A stretch of DNA of 59,724 nucleotides from a virus (lineage: Duplodnaviria > Caudoviricetes), in IMG/VR virus record IMGVR_UViG_3300027917_000050, positions 1 through 59,724 of that record, one strand, 5' to 3'. Below, piece after piece: positions 19,262-28,408 of the stretch. Position numbers and translations under genes: made by a program. The notes below the pieces were generated by a model that saw only the letters and a program-made list of their open reading frames with translations, did not search any database and had not been told where the DNA came from. Each line of letters starts with the position of its first letter. The stretch's first letter is position 1.

Positions 19262-20006
19262 TAAAAACTCCTCCGCCACCGAATCCTCTGGATCTATTCT
19301 TTGAACCACCTGTAAATGCCAACTCAGGCTTAACGTGATAATCGTCTATATTTCCTCGACCCCTGTCAACTTCCTGTTGGGCATTGTCGCGCTCCGCCAT
19401 ATAGAGACCATGATAATAGTCTCCAAGTTCTGGGTTTGACCATCTCTGATTTGTCATTCTTAGCATCTTACTGACGATACCAAATGTTAAAGCCTCCTGG
19501 TACTTGCTAAACATAAATCCTGGAGCAGTCGTTGCGTTGAGTGCCGGTCTCAGCCACACGCGAACCTTCAACCCGTCTGTAGATGCAACAGAAGGTGTAT
19601 CGATAAGATATATCTTTCCGTCCAACTCATCGAAGAAACACCTATAGGGTACCGGGGCAGAGTCGCGGTCTTCCCAGGTCTTGTCGTATTCATCTAAATA
19701 TTCTCTGGATTTTATTCCAAGGGGGGAATATAGAGAATCGTCGGCACCGTCCTCCTTAAACTTTGCGGAGTCCAGACCTATTACTTCTCCTGCGTCAGTG
19801 TTTGTGGTTCCAGGGGTGAGGGTATATGATTTTGTTTCTGCAACAATAGATATATCGTCAAGCGTTTCCTTCCAACAATGGGTCCAATCGCAAAAGTCCC
19901 TGAACGTGCGGACGGTAGCGCGCAGTAATATTGCTGCCTCATTTGTCGCACCTGAAACATAATCCTCGACATAGGTGTCGAGGGTCGTCAAGGCAGTCCC
20001 TGCCAT
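19254..20006 (-). CDS. Head-tail adaptor / tail tubular A-like protein
   Basis: FCDWTHCW...SYTL...P..YQEALTFG..KMLRM...WSNPELG pattern typical of podophage adaptors; GGAGGT SD. Confidence 0.65.
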   Translation of the reverse strand: MAGTALTTLDTYVEDYVSGATNEAAILLRATVRTFRDFCDWTHCWKETLDDISIVAETKSYTLTPGTTNTDAGEVIGLDSAKFKEDGADDSLYSPLGIKSREYLDEYDKTWEDRDSAPVPYRCFFDELDGKIYLIDTPSVASTDGLKVRVWLRPALNATTAPGFMFSKYQEALTFGIVSKMLRMTNQRWSNPELGDYYHGLYMAERDNAQQEVDRGRGNIDDYHVKPELAFTGGSKNRSRGFGGGGVFNG

Positions 20007-20016
20007 TGTCTACCTC

Positions 20017-20520
20017 CTATTTTTTATAGAGAGAATTCGACGAGGCAAGGGTGGCAAGGATGGAATGCGCCTGCTGCTTCATTTCATCAAGTTGATCCAT
20101 TTGAAGCAGAGATATTTCATATTTCCGCAGCATATATTCTTCTACACTCGACTTCTTCTTAAGTCTGTTTATTTTTGTAACTTCCTCTTTAAGAAGATCT
20201 TCCTGCGTAATTTCAAGTTTTCCACCCTCTCCCGTTGCGAGAGGAGAAACAGTATCTGAATCCAGACTGTCGAGGATTACATTATCCTCGTCTTCATCTG
20301 AAACATACCCATCGTCTTCAGCATTGGCCTCATCTCCAAGGTCTTCCTCAAATTCTTCGCGTTCGCCTTGACCATGGTAATTCGGGTCTTCCATATATTT
20401 CTTTGCTTCTGCCACGGTGATCGGACGCATGTCCGGTTTGGTAGCAAGGACCTCTGTCCATATATAAACGTGAGACCTCTGGCCTTTTCTCTCTTGAAGT
20501 AAATATTTAGGATGTCCCAT
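20017..20520 (-). CDS. Hypothetical acidic protein of the head module
   Basis: GGGGG SD; VYIWTEVLATKPDM N-terminal motif followed by an acidic linker. Confidence 0.55.
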   Translation of the reverse strand: MGHPKYLLQERKGQRSHVYIWTEVLATKPDMRPITVAEAKKYMEDPNYHGQGEREEFEEDLGDEANAEDDGYVSDEDEDNVILDSLDSDTVSPLATGEGGKLEITQEDLLKEEVTKINRLKKKSSVEEYMLRKYEISLLQMDQLDEMKQQAHSILATLASSNSLYKK

Positions 20521-20543
20521 TTTATCCCCCTTTTAATGGATAT

Positions 20544-20608
20544 AGGGAGGCCGATCCTACCCATGGAAATCACCTAAGGATGTCCCTGGATCAGATCTCG
20601 GCCTCCCT
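20544..20608 (-). promoter_or_regulatory. Intergenic RNA stem (11 bp enclosing 43 nt)
   Basis: agggaggccga (20544-20554) pairs with tcggcctccct (20598-20608); no U-tract follows. Confidence 0.5.
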
Positions 20609-20626
20609 GATTATTGGTGATGGATA

Positions 20627-21160
20627 TTACAGACTCTGGTCTACGAGGAAACCCCATGCGAATACGGTGAATACCGCAGTGTCGTATGTGATGTTCGACG
20701 TAAAAGTAATGTCAATCGTACCATCGGTGACAAACATATCTCTGGATGCATCGAAAGAACCGTCGAGGGCAACAAGGCCGGGAAACCGGCTATCTGCCGT
20801 CGCCAGGTCATCACTAAAATAAGCATTCGGATCGGCAGCAGAAGCGTCAAGGACGATCTGCGTTTCCGTCGTGCTCGTATTTCCGTAGGTGATATTCGCA
20901 GTCTCACCTTCTGCAGTCGCGATAACATTTCCTACACCCAGAAGAACGAATCCGTCCGGCACCTTGAAAACTTCCAAGACATCATTCAGGACGAAACCGG
21001 AAAAACTGGTCAACGGCGTATTCGGTGAGGCAGCAAGTGCCAGTTTGCCGTAGTCAGTCGAAATAAGGGTCGGAAGATCAATTTTCTTCTGCATGGTAAT
21101 CATGCCGGGTGCCTCGTACGGAACGCCTGCGCCCAAACCCAAAAAAGTATATTGTGCCAT
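20627..21160 (-). CDS. Putative capsid decoration/cement protein
   Basis: Immediately after the capsid gene; DVLEVFKVPDGFVLLG..VIATAEG..DGTIDITF pattern; GGAGGT SD. Confidence 0.55.
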   Translation of the reverse strand: MAQYTFLGLGAGVPYEAPGMITMQKKIDLPTLISTDYGKLALAASPNTPLTSFSGFVLNDVLEVFKVPDGFVLLGVGNVIATAEGETANITYGNTSTTETQIVLDASAADPNAYFSDDLATADSRFPGLVALDGSFDASRDMFVTDGTIDITFTSNITYDTAVFTVFAWGFLVDQSL

Positions 21161-21188
21161 TTTAAAACCTCCTAATAAATTTCAAACA

Positions 21189-21234
21189 GCAGGCCGGGTT
21201 TGTCCCTAATACAGGGACTCCCCCGACCCACTGC
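21189..21234 (-). terminator. Long hairpin downstream of the major capsid gene (attenuator/stabiliser)
   Basis: Minus strand: GGTCGGG/CCCGGCC and GTCCCT/AGGGAC stems followed by TGTTT. Confidence 0.5.
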
Positions 21235-21255
21235 CGGGGGGATTCCCGTTACTGA

Positions 21256-22179
21256 TTAACTGGATTTGCGGATGTACAAGTCAATCAACGACTCGGTCTT
21301 CAGCGTGTTCCAACCGAATACATTGAGACCGCGAACCAGGGTACCAAAGGTACTTTCGGCGCGGAGACTTTCCATCTTAGTCATCTGGGCAGCAAAAGAT
21401 ATTGCCGACTTGTGACCAAACATGGAGTGATATGCCGTGTATCCACCATCAGATGCGGTGGAAATCAGGTTTGACTTGTAAAGCGTAAAGGTGTCGATGA
21501 CACCCAGTCGGCCATTGCGGAGAATGCTCTGACCGTCGCCGGACAGTGATGCATCCTTAAGATCAGACTTGAGGATCATGCCGCAGGCCCAGGCCGGGAG
21601 CAGACCCCAACGGTCTGTCTCAGGAACGTTCTGCTCGTCGAGGACGGTTCCACAGTCAACGATGACTTCAAGGATGTTCGCTTTCGTAAGCGCAAGGATG
21701 TCGCCTGTGGTTCCAAGATCGATGTCGCCGGATATCGCACCAGCACTTGTGCCTTTATTAGAGGCATGGGCATCGGAATAGACATCGGCCAAGAAATCGG
21801 TGTCGACGGAAATTTTCATCTGCTGAGACGCATCACGACTCCAGGAGTCCATGAGCGCGATATCGGTTTGATGCTTATCGATATCATCACAGACGAAATT
21901 AAAGTATTTTGCCCTGTCAATGGGCAATTCTACGTTCGGGGCTTCAGGACGTTGAATCTGAAGACTCTGTCCCTTGACGTAATTGCGGATAGCTATATCC
22001 GGCACCGTACGAATAATGACCTTGTCGCCTTGATCTTTGATCTCGCCTTCGTAGTCGGTATTCGAAATGGCTGCAATTACGGTTGCCTCATAAAATTTAA
22101 CCAAAAGTTTTCCCGACCAAATTTCGGGAATGAAAGTACCGGAATATTGCGGATGACCGGCTGCAACTGAAACTGCCAT
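21256..22179 (-). CDS. Major capsid protein (HK97 fold, P22-coat-like)
   Basis: FIPEIWSGKLLVKFY..ISNTDYEGEIKDQGDKVIIR..LDEQNVPETDRW..FGTLVRGLNVFG; AAGGAGG SD. Confidence 0.9.
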   Translation of the reverse strand: MAVSVAAGHPQYSGTFIPEIWSGKLLVKFYEATVIAAISNTDYEGEIKDQGDKVIIRTVPDIAIRNYVKGQSLQIQRPEAPNVELPIDRAKYFNFVCDDIDKHQTDIALMDSWSRDASQQMKISVDTDFLADVYSDAHASNKGTSAGAISGDIDLGTTGDILALTKANILEVIVDCGTVLDEQNVPETDRWGLLPAWACGMILKSDLKDASLSGDGQSILRNGRLGVIDTFTLYKSNLISTASDGGYTAYHSMFGHKSAISFAAQMTKMESLRAESTFGTLVRGLNVFGWNTLKTESLIDLYIRKSS

Positions 22180-22253
22180 GATAGACCTCCTTAAAAATTA
22201 TATTTATACAGGTCCATCAGGTCGGGAAGAAAAGTGAGGGGGGGGTGGGTAAA

Positions 22254-23339
22254 TTATCCCTGTGCTTTCCTTGCTGCCATAAGACCTTTCTGAAACCTGC
22301 GTGATATTTCGTTAAAAACCTCAAGATTATGAGGACTCGGTTTTTTGGCGTAATTGGTAGACGCTTGAGTGACTTCCTCCTGAGTAGGATATGTCTCCGG
22401 TTCCCTACCCGTATCAGAAGCAGTGGTTTCCTCAGGCATTGCCTGCGATGATAAACCCGTCTGGTCAACTATATTGGTGTTTCCGACCTTCGGGGCAGGC
22501 TGAACGGTTTTCTTTCCTACCTCAATACCGGTAGCAACTCCGAATTCTCTGATGATAGAAGCAGCCTGAGGTGCGCGCAAGTTCTGCACCGCAAAGTCAT
22601 ACATCTGTTTCCATTCATAACCGGATCTTGGATCTACACCCAATATCCAGCCCTGGAACTCAGGTGAAACCGTGACTTCTCTCCACTTCGGAACTTCAGA
22701 ATCGAGGGACTTGTAAAACTTCTCCTGGGCAGACTCAAATACCATGCTTTCAAGTCTATCCATGCGAGGATTGTTCTGCGCCGGAGCATCCTGATTCTTC
22801 AATCGCGACATCAGTGATTGGATGAGATCGGCCTGCGCGTTCATTCCTTCTGCCATGTAAACAATCTCGTCACCGTACCCGGCAACGCTGTCAAGATCTA
22901 TCTTTTTGATCTTGGTGGCATCAATAACAGGAACATTTTCGGCTGCCGGTGCTTCGGACTGCCGGTGCTGAAATGCGCTAAGTTGCTCTGCCTGGTGATT
23001 AACCAGATTCTGAAGATTCTGCATCCCCTGCTGCAAAGATTTAATCTCACCATCCTTTGCGTTAAACATCCCCTGTAAGACATCATACTTGTGTTTCCAG
23101 TTCTGATTGTCTTCCGGCAGTGGTTCGGCCTTCGTCGGTTCCGGTTTAGGTTTCACTTCTGCCGGGATGTCTTCGCTCGGATTGTCAACTATGACATCCT
23201 CTGCTTCAGGTACGGCAGGTGTCTCACCTCCTGCCAGCAATTCATCAGCCTTTTCTCCCTGTACTTTAACAGCATCAGGAATTTTGACCTGATGAGAATC
23301 TTCTTGCTTTCCTTTGCCTACCCTTTTCCTTTTTGCCAT
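22254..23339 (-). CDS. Capsid scaffolding protein
   Basis: Start MAKRK with AGGAGG SD; WKHKYDVLQGMFN coiled-coil motif; directly upstream of the capsid gene. Confidence 0.7.
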   Translation of the reverse strand: MAKRKRVGKGKQEDSHQVKIPDAVKVQGEKADELLAGGETPAVPEAEDVIVDNPSEDIPAEVKPKPEPTKAEPLPEDNQNWKHKYDVLQGMFNAKDGEIKSLQQGMQNLQNLVNHQAEQLSAFQHRQSEAPAAENVPVIDATKIKKIDLDSVAGYGDEIVYMAEGMNAQADLIQSLMSRLKNQDAPAQNNPRMDRLESMVFESAQEKFYKSLDSEVPKWREVTVSPEFQGWILGVDPRSGYEWKQMYDFAVQNLRAPQAASIIREFGVATGIEVGKKTVQPAPKVGNTNIVDQTGLSSQAMPEETTASDTGREPETYPTQEEVTQASTNYAKKPSPHNLEVFNEISRRFQKGLMAARKAQG

Positions 23340-23448
23340 TTTAAGCCTCCTATTTCCGATTTGTCTATCAGACAGTGTTCGTTGGCATATAAGGATCATG
23401 CACTCGGCAGTATTCCCTTATGCCGGGAGACAATTCCCCCTAAAAAAA

Positions 23449-23477
23449 ACAGTATCTATATATTGGTCATATGTCAA
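23449..23477 (-). promoter_or_regulatory. sigma70-like promoter for the scaffold/capsid operon
   Basis: TTGACA-N17-TACTGT in the intergenic gap. Confidence 0.5.
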
Positions 23478-23505
23478 GTAAAAATCAAGTGTTATGACAT
23501 AAAAC

Positions 23506-23958
23506 CTAAAGTTTTTCAGTATACATTATGGTGTATCCATCTTCAAGATGATATTCATCAAAGATCGGATATCCTACAAACCCACCGATTTCATTACGAT
23601 TATAGACGTATATCCCTGATCTCCATTCATCTTCTTTTTCTTCATACATGCGATTTTCGACTTTAATATTTTTTTCTTTAAATACGTTATCAAAGTAACT
23701 TGGATCTTTTAGACCCCTTCGAAAGTTGACCCCCATAGACACCAAGATGGTTTCAAGTCGTCTACCCTGGAACTCATGAGCATCGGCAGCCGACTTAAAT
23801 TTCTTATAAATCCGGCCTTTCTTCTTCAAGAAAATCTCAAGATTCAGGATATCCCGGTCCCTGATGTCGTCCAGTGTATCGGTTTTAAATTCATGCGCCA
23901 TATGATACTCCATATATTTGTTGGGGTTCAATTGGCAATTGGTAAGGTTCTTGATCAA
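23506..23958 (-). CDS. Hypothetical protein
   Basis: Co-oriented ORF filling the gap; the true start is probably a downstream Met. Confidence 0.5.
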   Translation of the reverse strand: MIKNLTNCQLNPNKYMEYHMAHEFKTDTLDDIRDRDILNLEIFLKKKGRIYKKFKSAADAHEFQGRRLETILVSMGVNFRRGLKDPSYFDNVFKEKNIKVENRMYEEKEDEWRSGIYVYNRNEIGGFVGYPIFDEYHLEDGYTIMYTEKL

Positions 23959-24334
23959 CCCTTCTTAGCGCATGTGGAAGGACCTTCTCCGAAAAAAGCA
24001 TAAGCATATCTCTGGTATCTCCAAGATGCTTTTTGACTGCCTCTAATTCAGATTCGGTTGAATCCTGTTTTCGAGGACCAAACATCTTGACAAGACCATC
24101 CCTTAAAGCCTGCGCCATATGCCTGTCCATTCGCAAGAAGTTCATTTCGTTTATCTTAAGTGCTTCACCTTTCGAATGACGGTGTATTTTCCATCCAAAG
24201 TCAGACATCTCATATATCTCAATGTAATCAGGTGTGGATCTATAAAAAATGATCTCAACCTCGTCTGTCGCAACACTGTCTCTGATCTCGACCCTTAGGT
24301 CTCCGAATAATTTATAAGTTCCTTCTTCAGCCAT
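23891..24334 (-). CDS. Hypothetical protein
   Basis: GGAGGT SD; ELEAVKKHLGDTR C-terminal motif. Confidence 0.55.
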   Translation of the reverse strand: MAEEGTYKLFGDLRVEIRDSVATDEVEIIFYRSTPDYIEIYEMSDFGWKIHRHSKGEALKINEMNFLRMDRHMAQALRDGLVKMFGPRKQDSTESELEAVKKHLGDTRDMLMLFSEKVLPHALRRVDQEPYQLPIEPQQIYGVSYGA

Positions 24335-24554
24335 TCTTACCTCCTTGAATGTTTAATTTGGAGGTATCAACTTTCGGAACTATAATTCGATTATCTTCTT
24401 TTCGAGGAGTGATACCGATAGAATGAGAAATGATCTGACCGCTAATTATTGTCATTGCAGGAACGAGATCTACTTTAAAATTTTCCAGGACTGCATCTAT
24501 GGCATCCCTGGCACCTTCGACCCTATTCCTCTGTTCCTTCGTAAGTTCTGACAT
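24327..24554 (-). CDS. Hypothetical protein
   Basis: GGGGGG SD; overlaps the start of the next gene. Confidence 0.55.
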   Translation of the reverse strand: MSELTKEQRNRVEGARDAIDAVLENFKVDLVPAMTIISGQIISHSIGITPRKEDNRIIVPKVDTSKLNIQGGKNG

Positions 24555-24622
24555 AATTCCCCCCTTATTTTTTTATATTATCGGCTGATATAAAACAAAA
24601 ATTAAAATGGTTAATATTTAAA

Positions 24623-24952
24623 TCATTTGTCACCTACAAATCGCTCATACAGTTCGAAGGTATCGTGGTTCAGCTTCTTCTGCTTGTCGGACATCTTTAA
24701 AGCATCGACGATAATGGCCATCAACGTGTCAGAAATTTCGACTTCCTTTGTATAAAACTTTCCCCTGTCTTTATTTGGTTCAATCCAGTTAATATTGCCA
24801 TTATCTGAATAAACAAACTTAAGCATTTTATTTTCCTTGTCGGAAAACGAAAGATCCTCTCGCAACTTTCTTATCTGCTTAAGTGTTTTAAAGTCGCCTT
24901 CCTTCGGAACAACACTCAATAAAACGATTCGTTCTTTAACAGTAACCTTCAT
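24623..24952 (-). CDS. Hypothetical protein (possible fibre-assembly chaperone)
   Basis: GGGGG SD; follows the fibre-like small genes; function inferred from position only. Confidence 0.5.
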   Translation of the reverse strand: MKVTVKERIVLLSVVPKEGDFKTLKQIRKLREDLSFSDKENKMLKFVYSDNGNINWIEPNKDRGKFYTKEVEISDTLMAIIVDALKMSDKQKKLNHDTFELYERFVGDK

Positions 24953-24972
24953 AATTTCCCCCTTTTATTTTT

Positions 24973-25206
24973 TTATGGTTGAGGTACGTCGTCGTATGTA
25001 ACAACAAGTTTCCCGGTATCGTCAACGTCAGCCTTCTTTACTTTGTGCTGCCCTGACGGTGGCCCGGTAATCACTATATTCAGCGCATCGAAGTCTATCG
25101 CATCCGTCCTGCTTATTGAAGACGTTGCATTGTTTATCGCAGTCACTATATCGTCGTCCGTCAGTGCCTGTGCATTTGGGTCCAGGGTAATTGTTTGGAG
25201 TGCCAT
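24973..25206 (-). CDS. Small hypothetical protein (77 aa)
   Basis: TAATG coupling to the upstream micro-ORF; C-terminus KVKKADVDDTGKLVVTYDD. Confidence 0.55.
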   Translation of the reverse strand: MALQTITLDPNAQALTDDDIVTAINNATSSISRTDAIDFDALNIVITGPPSGQHKVKKADVDDTGKLVVTYDDVPQP

Positions 25207-25364
25207 TATCCTTCTCCTCCTCCCCCGTTTTGTGGTTCTTCGTCTTCGTAAACTACCTTAAGTTTACCATTTTCTACATAAATCTTTTTAATTTGCTTTC
25301 CATTATCTGGTATATCTTTAAAGGGATTAGGGACACCACTCCATCGTGGTGCATTCCATGCCAT
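25206..25364 (-). CDS. Micro-ORF (52 aa), paralogous to the C-terminus of 24973..25206
   Basis: Not in the ORF track. MAWNAPRWSGVPNPFKDIPDNGKQIKKIYVENGKLKVVYEDEEPQNGGGGEG; GGGGG SD; stop overlaps the next ATG. Confidence 0.6.
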   Translation of the reverse strand: MAWNAPRWSGVPNPFKDIPDNGKQIKKIYVENGKLKVVYEDEEPQNGGGGEG

Positions 25365-25376
25365 AATTCCCCCATA

Positions 25377-25568
25377 TTAGACATCATATTCGTCAATTCT
25401 AATCGTGACTTTAATAGTCCATTTTTTACCAACTGGACATTGTTCGTCAACATGATCGGTTATATCGCCTGCAGATCCAGTTCTGATTTGCACTCTTTCT
25501 CCTGCCAAAATTTCTATCTCGTCGTAGCCAACCAATCTCCTACCTTTTTCATACTCGGTTAGATCCAT
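25377..25568 (-). CDS. Small hypothetical protein
   Basis: AAGGA SD; co-oriented and fills the gap. Confidence 0.5.
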   Translation of the reverse strand: MDLTEYEKGRRLVGYDEIEILAGERVQIRTGSAGDITDHVDEQCPVGKKWTIKVTIRIDEYDV

Positions 25569-25592
25569 TTTTATAATCCTTGTTTAAAGTAT

Positions 25593-25618
25593 TGGAGTTG
25601 CCCATTTGGACAACTCCA
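25593..25618 (-). terminator. Hairpin/terminator after 25632..26474
   Basis: TGGAGTTGTCC-AAAT-GGGCAACTCCA followed by ATACTTT. Confidence 0.5.
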
Positions 25619-25631
25619 TTAATTTATACAA

Positions 25632-26474
25632 TTAAGCAGCAAAGAATGGAATAAGATAAGTAGTTCCGTTAAGAGAAATCCTTATACTTCCATCACTATC
25701 GCCACCATCCGTATCAACGGCACCTCCATCAAACGGGGTCTTGTTGGCATCGGAATCCGTATGGATAAAATTAGTATATCCACCAGTTCCATTGAAACCC
25801 AGGACTGATGTTTGTATATTATCAGTCGAGCAAAAAATATGGTAATGGGTTCCATTAAGATTCCCACTTCCATGCAACTGAGAATCCAACCATACAACAG
25901 CAGACAATGACCCACTGGCAAGTTGACAGTTCGTGTTACATCCGATTTTAAACCATGCAGCAAACATACCGGCAGTCAGATCTCCACCTCGTGTTTTTAA
26001 AATTGCTGCTTCACTTCCACCGACACTTCCCAGGAATGCCATAGACTGCATACCCTGGATTGTAGGTGTTCCAGTCGTATTGGTAGCTTCAACCAAATAA
26101 GCTGCGCCAAAACCTTTTCCGTCTTCGCCGGACGTTTTGATGTAAGATCCGTAACCAATCAGGAAGTCATCCTCATCTGTCTCGGCACCAATTGTACAAA
26201 CTTCAGTCGTCGCACCGGCTGTATCCAATCGACTTGAATAACTACCCATTCGGATTGCCTTTCCACCACCAGTTAAGCCGGAAATGTCAATACCGTCATT
26301 TGCTCCAACTGCAGACAGGTTAATCGCATCGGTCATTGCTCCAGTAATTGAAATTCCGGTTGTCATTGCACCAGACAATAGTAATCCGGCGGTCTGGTCG
26401 GAATTTCTAAGGGTAGACATTACGATTTCATTGACAGTTAAAATGCCAATATCTAATTGTTCTCTCCATGCCAT
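25632..26474 (-). CDS. Gly/Thr-rich fibre-like virion protein
   Basis: LSGAMTTGISITGAMTDAI repeats; C-terminal GSIRISLNGTTYLIPFF fibre-tip-like motif; AGGAGA SD. Confidence 0.5.
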   Translation of the reverse strand: MAWREQLDIGILTVNEIVMSTLRNSDQTAGLLLSGAMTTGISITGAMTDAINLSAVGANDGIDISGLTGGGKAIRMGSYSSRLDTAGATTEVCTIGAETDEDDFLIGYGSYIKTSGEDGKGFGAAYLVEATNTTGTPTIQGMQSMAFLGSVGGSEAAILKTRGGDLTAGMFAAWFKIGCNTNCQLASGSLSAVVWLDSQLHGSGNLNGTHYHIFCSTDNIQTSVLGFNGTGGYTNFIHTDSDANKTPFDGGAVDTDGGDSDGSIRISLNGTTYLIPFFAA

Positions 26475-26517
26475 GATAATTCTCCTTTTTTGGGATAAAT
26501 TGTATTAAGGATTCATC

Positions 26518-26676
26518 CTACTCTGATTCCATTTCAGTAGGTTCCTCACTTCCCTCGCCAATTTCCCCCCAACTATCAAAACACTTATCACACAACCTGG
26601 TAAGTCTCATGAACTTCCATGGTAGTGTGACGTAAATTACATAAGATTCTTTTCCGCATTTGTCGCATAAAGTCAC
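26518..26676 (-). CDS. Micro-ORF Zn-ribbon (52 aa)
   Basis: Not in the ORF track; GTG start, CDKC...CDKC; start codon uncertain. Confidence 0.4.
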   Translation of the reverse strand: MTLCDKCGKESYVIYVTLPWKFMRLTRLCDKCFDSWGEIGEGSEEPTEMESE

Positions 26677-26761
26677 TTTAATATACCATATATTTCATAT
26701 TTGGAATATTAATATAACACGACAATTAAACTGTCGCGATAGCAATTTTTAATTGTGACAT

Positions 26762-27034
26762 TTATGGACTTATTGTATCGCGATTCGGTGGCAACTCGTC
26801 TCGCTCCTTAAATCTTTTCAGGACATCTCTGGAGAATGCAATGGCATCCCTGATTTCCTGAAGACACATACTTCCACCCTTAATCTTTTCGGATTCAAGA
26901 CCGGCAACCCGGCAGGCTGCCAATGCAAGATTTGTGCCATTACGTTTAATGTAATCGAAAAGCAAAAGAAAGTCGTCGTCCCTTAAAAGCCTATCGATTG
27001 CCTCAAGTTCTTTACGATTGAATGCCTCTAACAT
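26762..27034 (-). CDS. Hypothetical helical protein (portal-linked type)
   Basis: GGGGG SD; DFLLLFDYI..KIKGGSMCLQEI pattern. Confidence 0.5.
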   Translation of the reverse strand: MLEAFNRKELEAIDRLLRDDDFLLLFDYIKRNGTNLALAACRVAGLESEKIKGGSMCLQEIRDAIAFSRDVLKRFKERDELPPNRDTISP

Positions 27035-27071
27035 ACAATCCCCCTTTGTATGATTTAATTGTATCGTACGA

Positions 27072-27260
27072 TCAACAAATCAATCCAACGATAAAGGCAA
27101 CCACGGCAATCCCGGCATCGATGGACAGGCGGACCCGGTTCATTTTGATCCACATTTTGACCTTTGCGGAGATTCCCTCAAGTTCATCGTAGGCATCTTT
27201 TGCCTGAGACACACGATAGCGGATTTCACCCTCAACTGCTTCTTTTGTTTCGTCTAACAT
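27072..27260 (-). CDS. Small membrane-anchored protein
   Basis: C-terminal hydrophobic helix; GGGGG SD. Confidence 0.5.
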   Translation of the reverse strand: MLDETKEAVEGEIRYRVSQAKDAYDELEGISAKVKMWIKMNRVRLSIDAGIAVVAFIVGLIC

Positions 27261-27271
27261 AACTACCCCCT

Positions 27272-27718
27272 TTAGTCTATCGCGACATCACTTCGCGGTA
27301 TTTTGGTGTTTAGCTGACCTTTCAGCAATTCAAAAAAGTTTTCGCAATGCATCGGAATTCCTTGCCGTATCAGGCTTGTGTCGAATTCATTCAAGAATGT
27401 TTCCATGTCATCGTTATTGCTAAATCTTATGATGGCACATATATCATTCGTTCCTTCCTCGTCAAGCAGATCAAAGACGACACCGATTGAAGCATTGACT
27501 TCGTCTACCCATACCAACGGAACTTCAATATTGTCACCGTTCCTTTTTTCCTCTGCTACCCAGAAATAATCCTTTTCAGGAAAGAACTGTTCGGTCAAAA
27601 ACTCGGTCTTGGTGGCATAGGTTTTATAATATTCGGCCAATAGCGCAGGATGCTGCTGAACGGTAGCACATGCAAGCATAATCAACGAAAACGCTAATGC
27701 AAATATAATTTTTTTCAT
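27272..27718 (-). CDS. Lipoprotein
   Basis: MKKIIFALAFSLIMLA-C signal peptide with lipobox. Confidence 0.65.
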   Translation of the reverse strand: MKKIIFALAFSLIMLACATVQQHPALLAEYYKTYATKTEFLTEQFFPEKDYFWVAEEKRNGDNIEVPLVWVDEVNASIGVVFDLLDEEGTNDICAIIRFSNNDDMETFLNEFDTSLIRQGIPMHCENFFELLKGQLNTKIPRSDVAID

Positions 27719-27969
27719 TTGTATTTTACCCCCTTCTTTTTTGACATTCCGGCCTCAGAAAGCGCAATAGCCACTGCCTGATCCCTACTGGTAACAATAG
27801 GACCCTTCTTGCTGCCTGAATGAAGTTTGCCTTCCTTAAATTTACGCATCTCATGCTCGACACCGGCAGGTCCCTGTGGAACTGGATTATGGATTGCGCC
27901 TTTTCCCTCGCGCTCACCAATTACTCTTGTATCGTCCATGTATTTTTTGTATTCAGTTGAAGGGTCCAT
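27715..27969 (-). CDS. DUF6496-like small basic protein
   Basis: VEHEMRKFKEGKLHSGSKKGPIVTSRDQAVAIALSEAG is the family signature. Confidence 0.75.
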   Translation of the reverse strand: MDPSTEYKKYMDDTRVIGEREGKGAIHNPVPQGPAGVEHEMRKFKEGKLHSGSKKGPIVTSRDQAVAIALSEAGMSKKKGVKYK

Positions 27970-28268
27970 TATTTCCTCTCTTTTTGCTCCGGTGGTTCCG
28001 CTTCTTCCAATCCACGATATACACTGCCTTTAGGACGAAGATAGCCGGAAACACCAGGCTGCCGTTCGCCTGGAGGGGTCGTCCTGGTCGGAGGTGTTTC
28101 CTCGGCTGCCTCACCTACCCGAACGTTTCTCTGGGATGCCATTCCGCCACCTTGGATAGTTCCTTCTGTCGGATTGACACTTCTATTAACCTTCTTTATC
28201 AGTTTTCCGCCTCTAAGTTCGACATCCTGGGATTTCAAACCGTCTTTATGCATAAATCTATCAGCCAT
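27969..28268 (-). CDS. Hypothetical disordered protein
   Basis: GGAGGA SD; TAATG coupling to the next gene. Confidence 0.5.
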   Translation of the reverse strand: MADRFMHKDGLKSQDVELRGGKLIKKVNRSVNPTEGTIQGGGMASQRNVRVGEAAEETPPTRTTPPGERQPGVSGYLRPKGSVYRGLEEAEPPEQKERK

Positions 28269-28408
28269 TTTTTAAGTCCTCCAATGTTGGGATTCGATTA
28301 ATACTTATGGATGGATGGTAATATTTTTGTTTAAAAAACAGTTTCTTACAATTAAAACATCGATACCATCCATTTCCTTCGTGATCTAATATCCCCCGGT
28401 GTTTACAT

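Noticed and set aside
4436-22170. Numerous plus-strand ORFs in the ORF track opposite the structural genes
   Set aside because: Antisense shadows of long minus-strand genes; no SDs or recognisable motifs.
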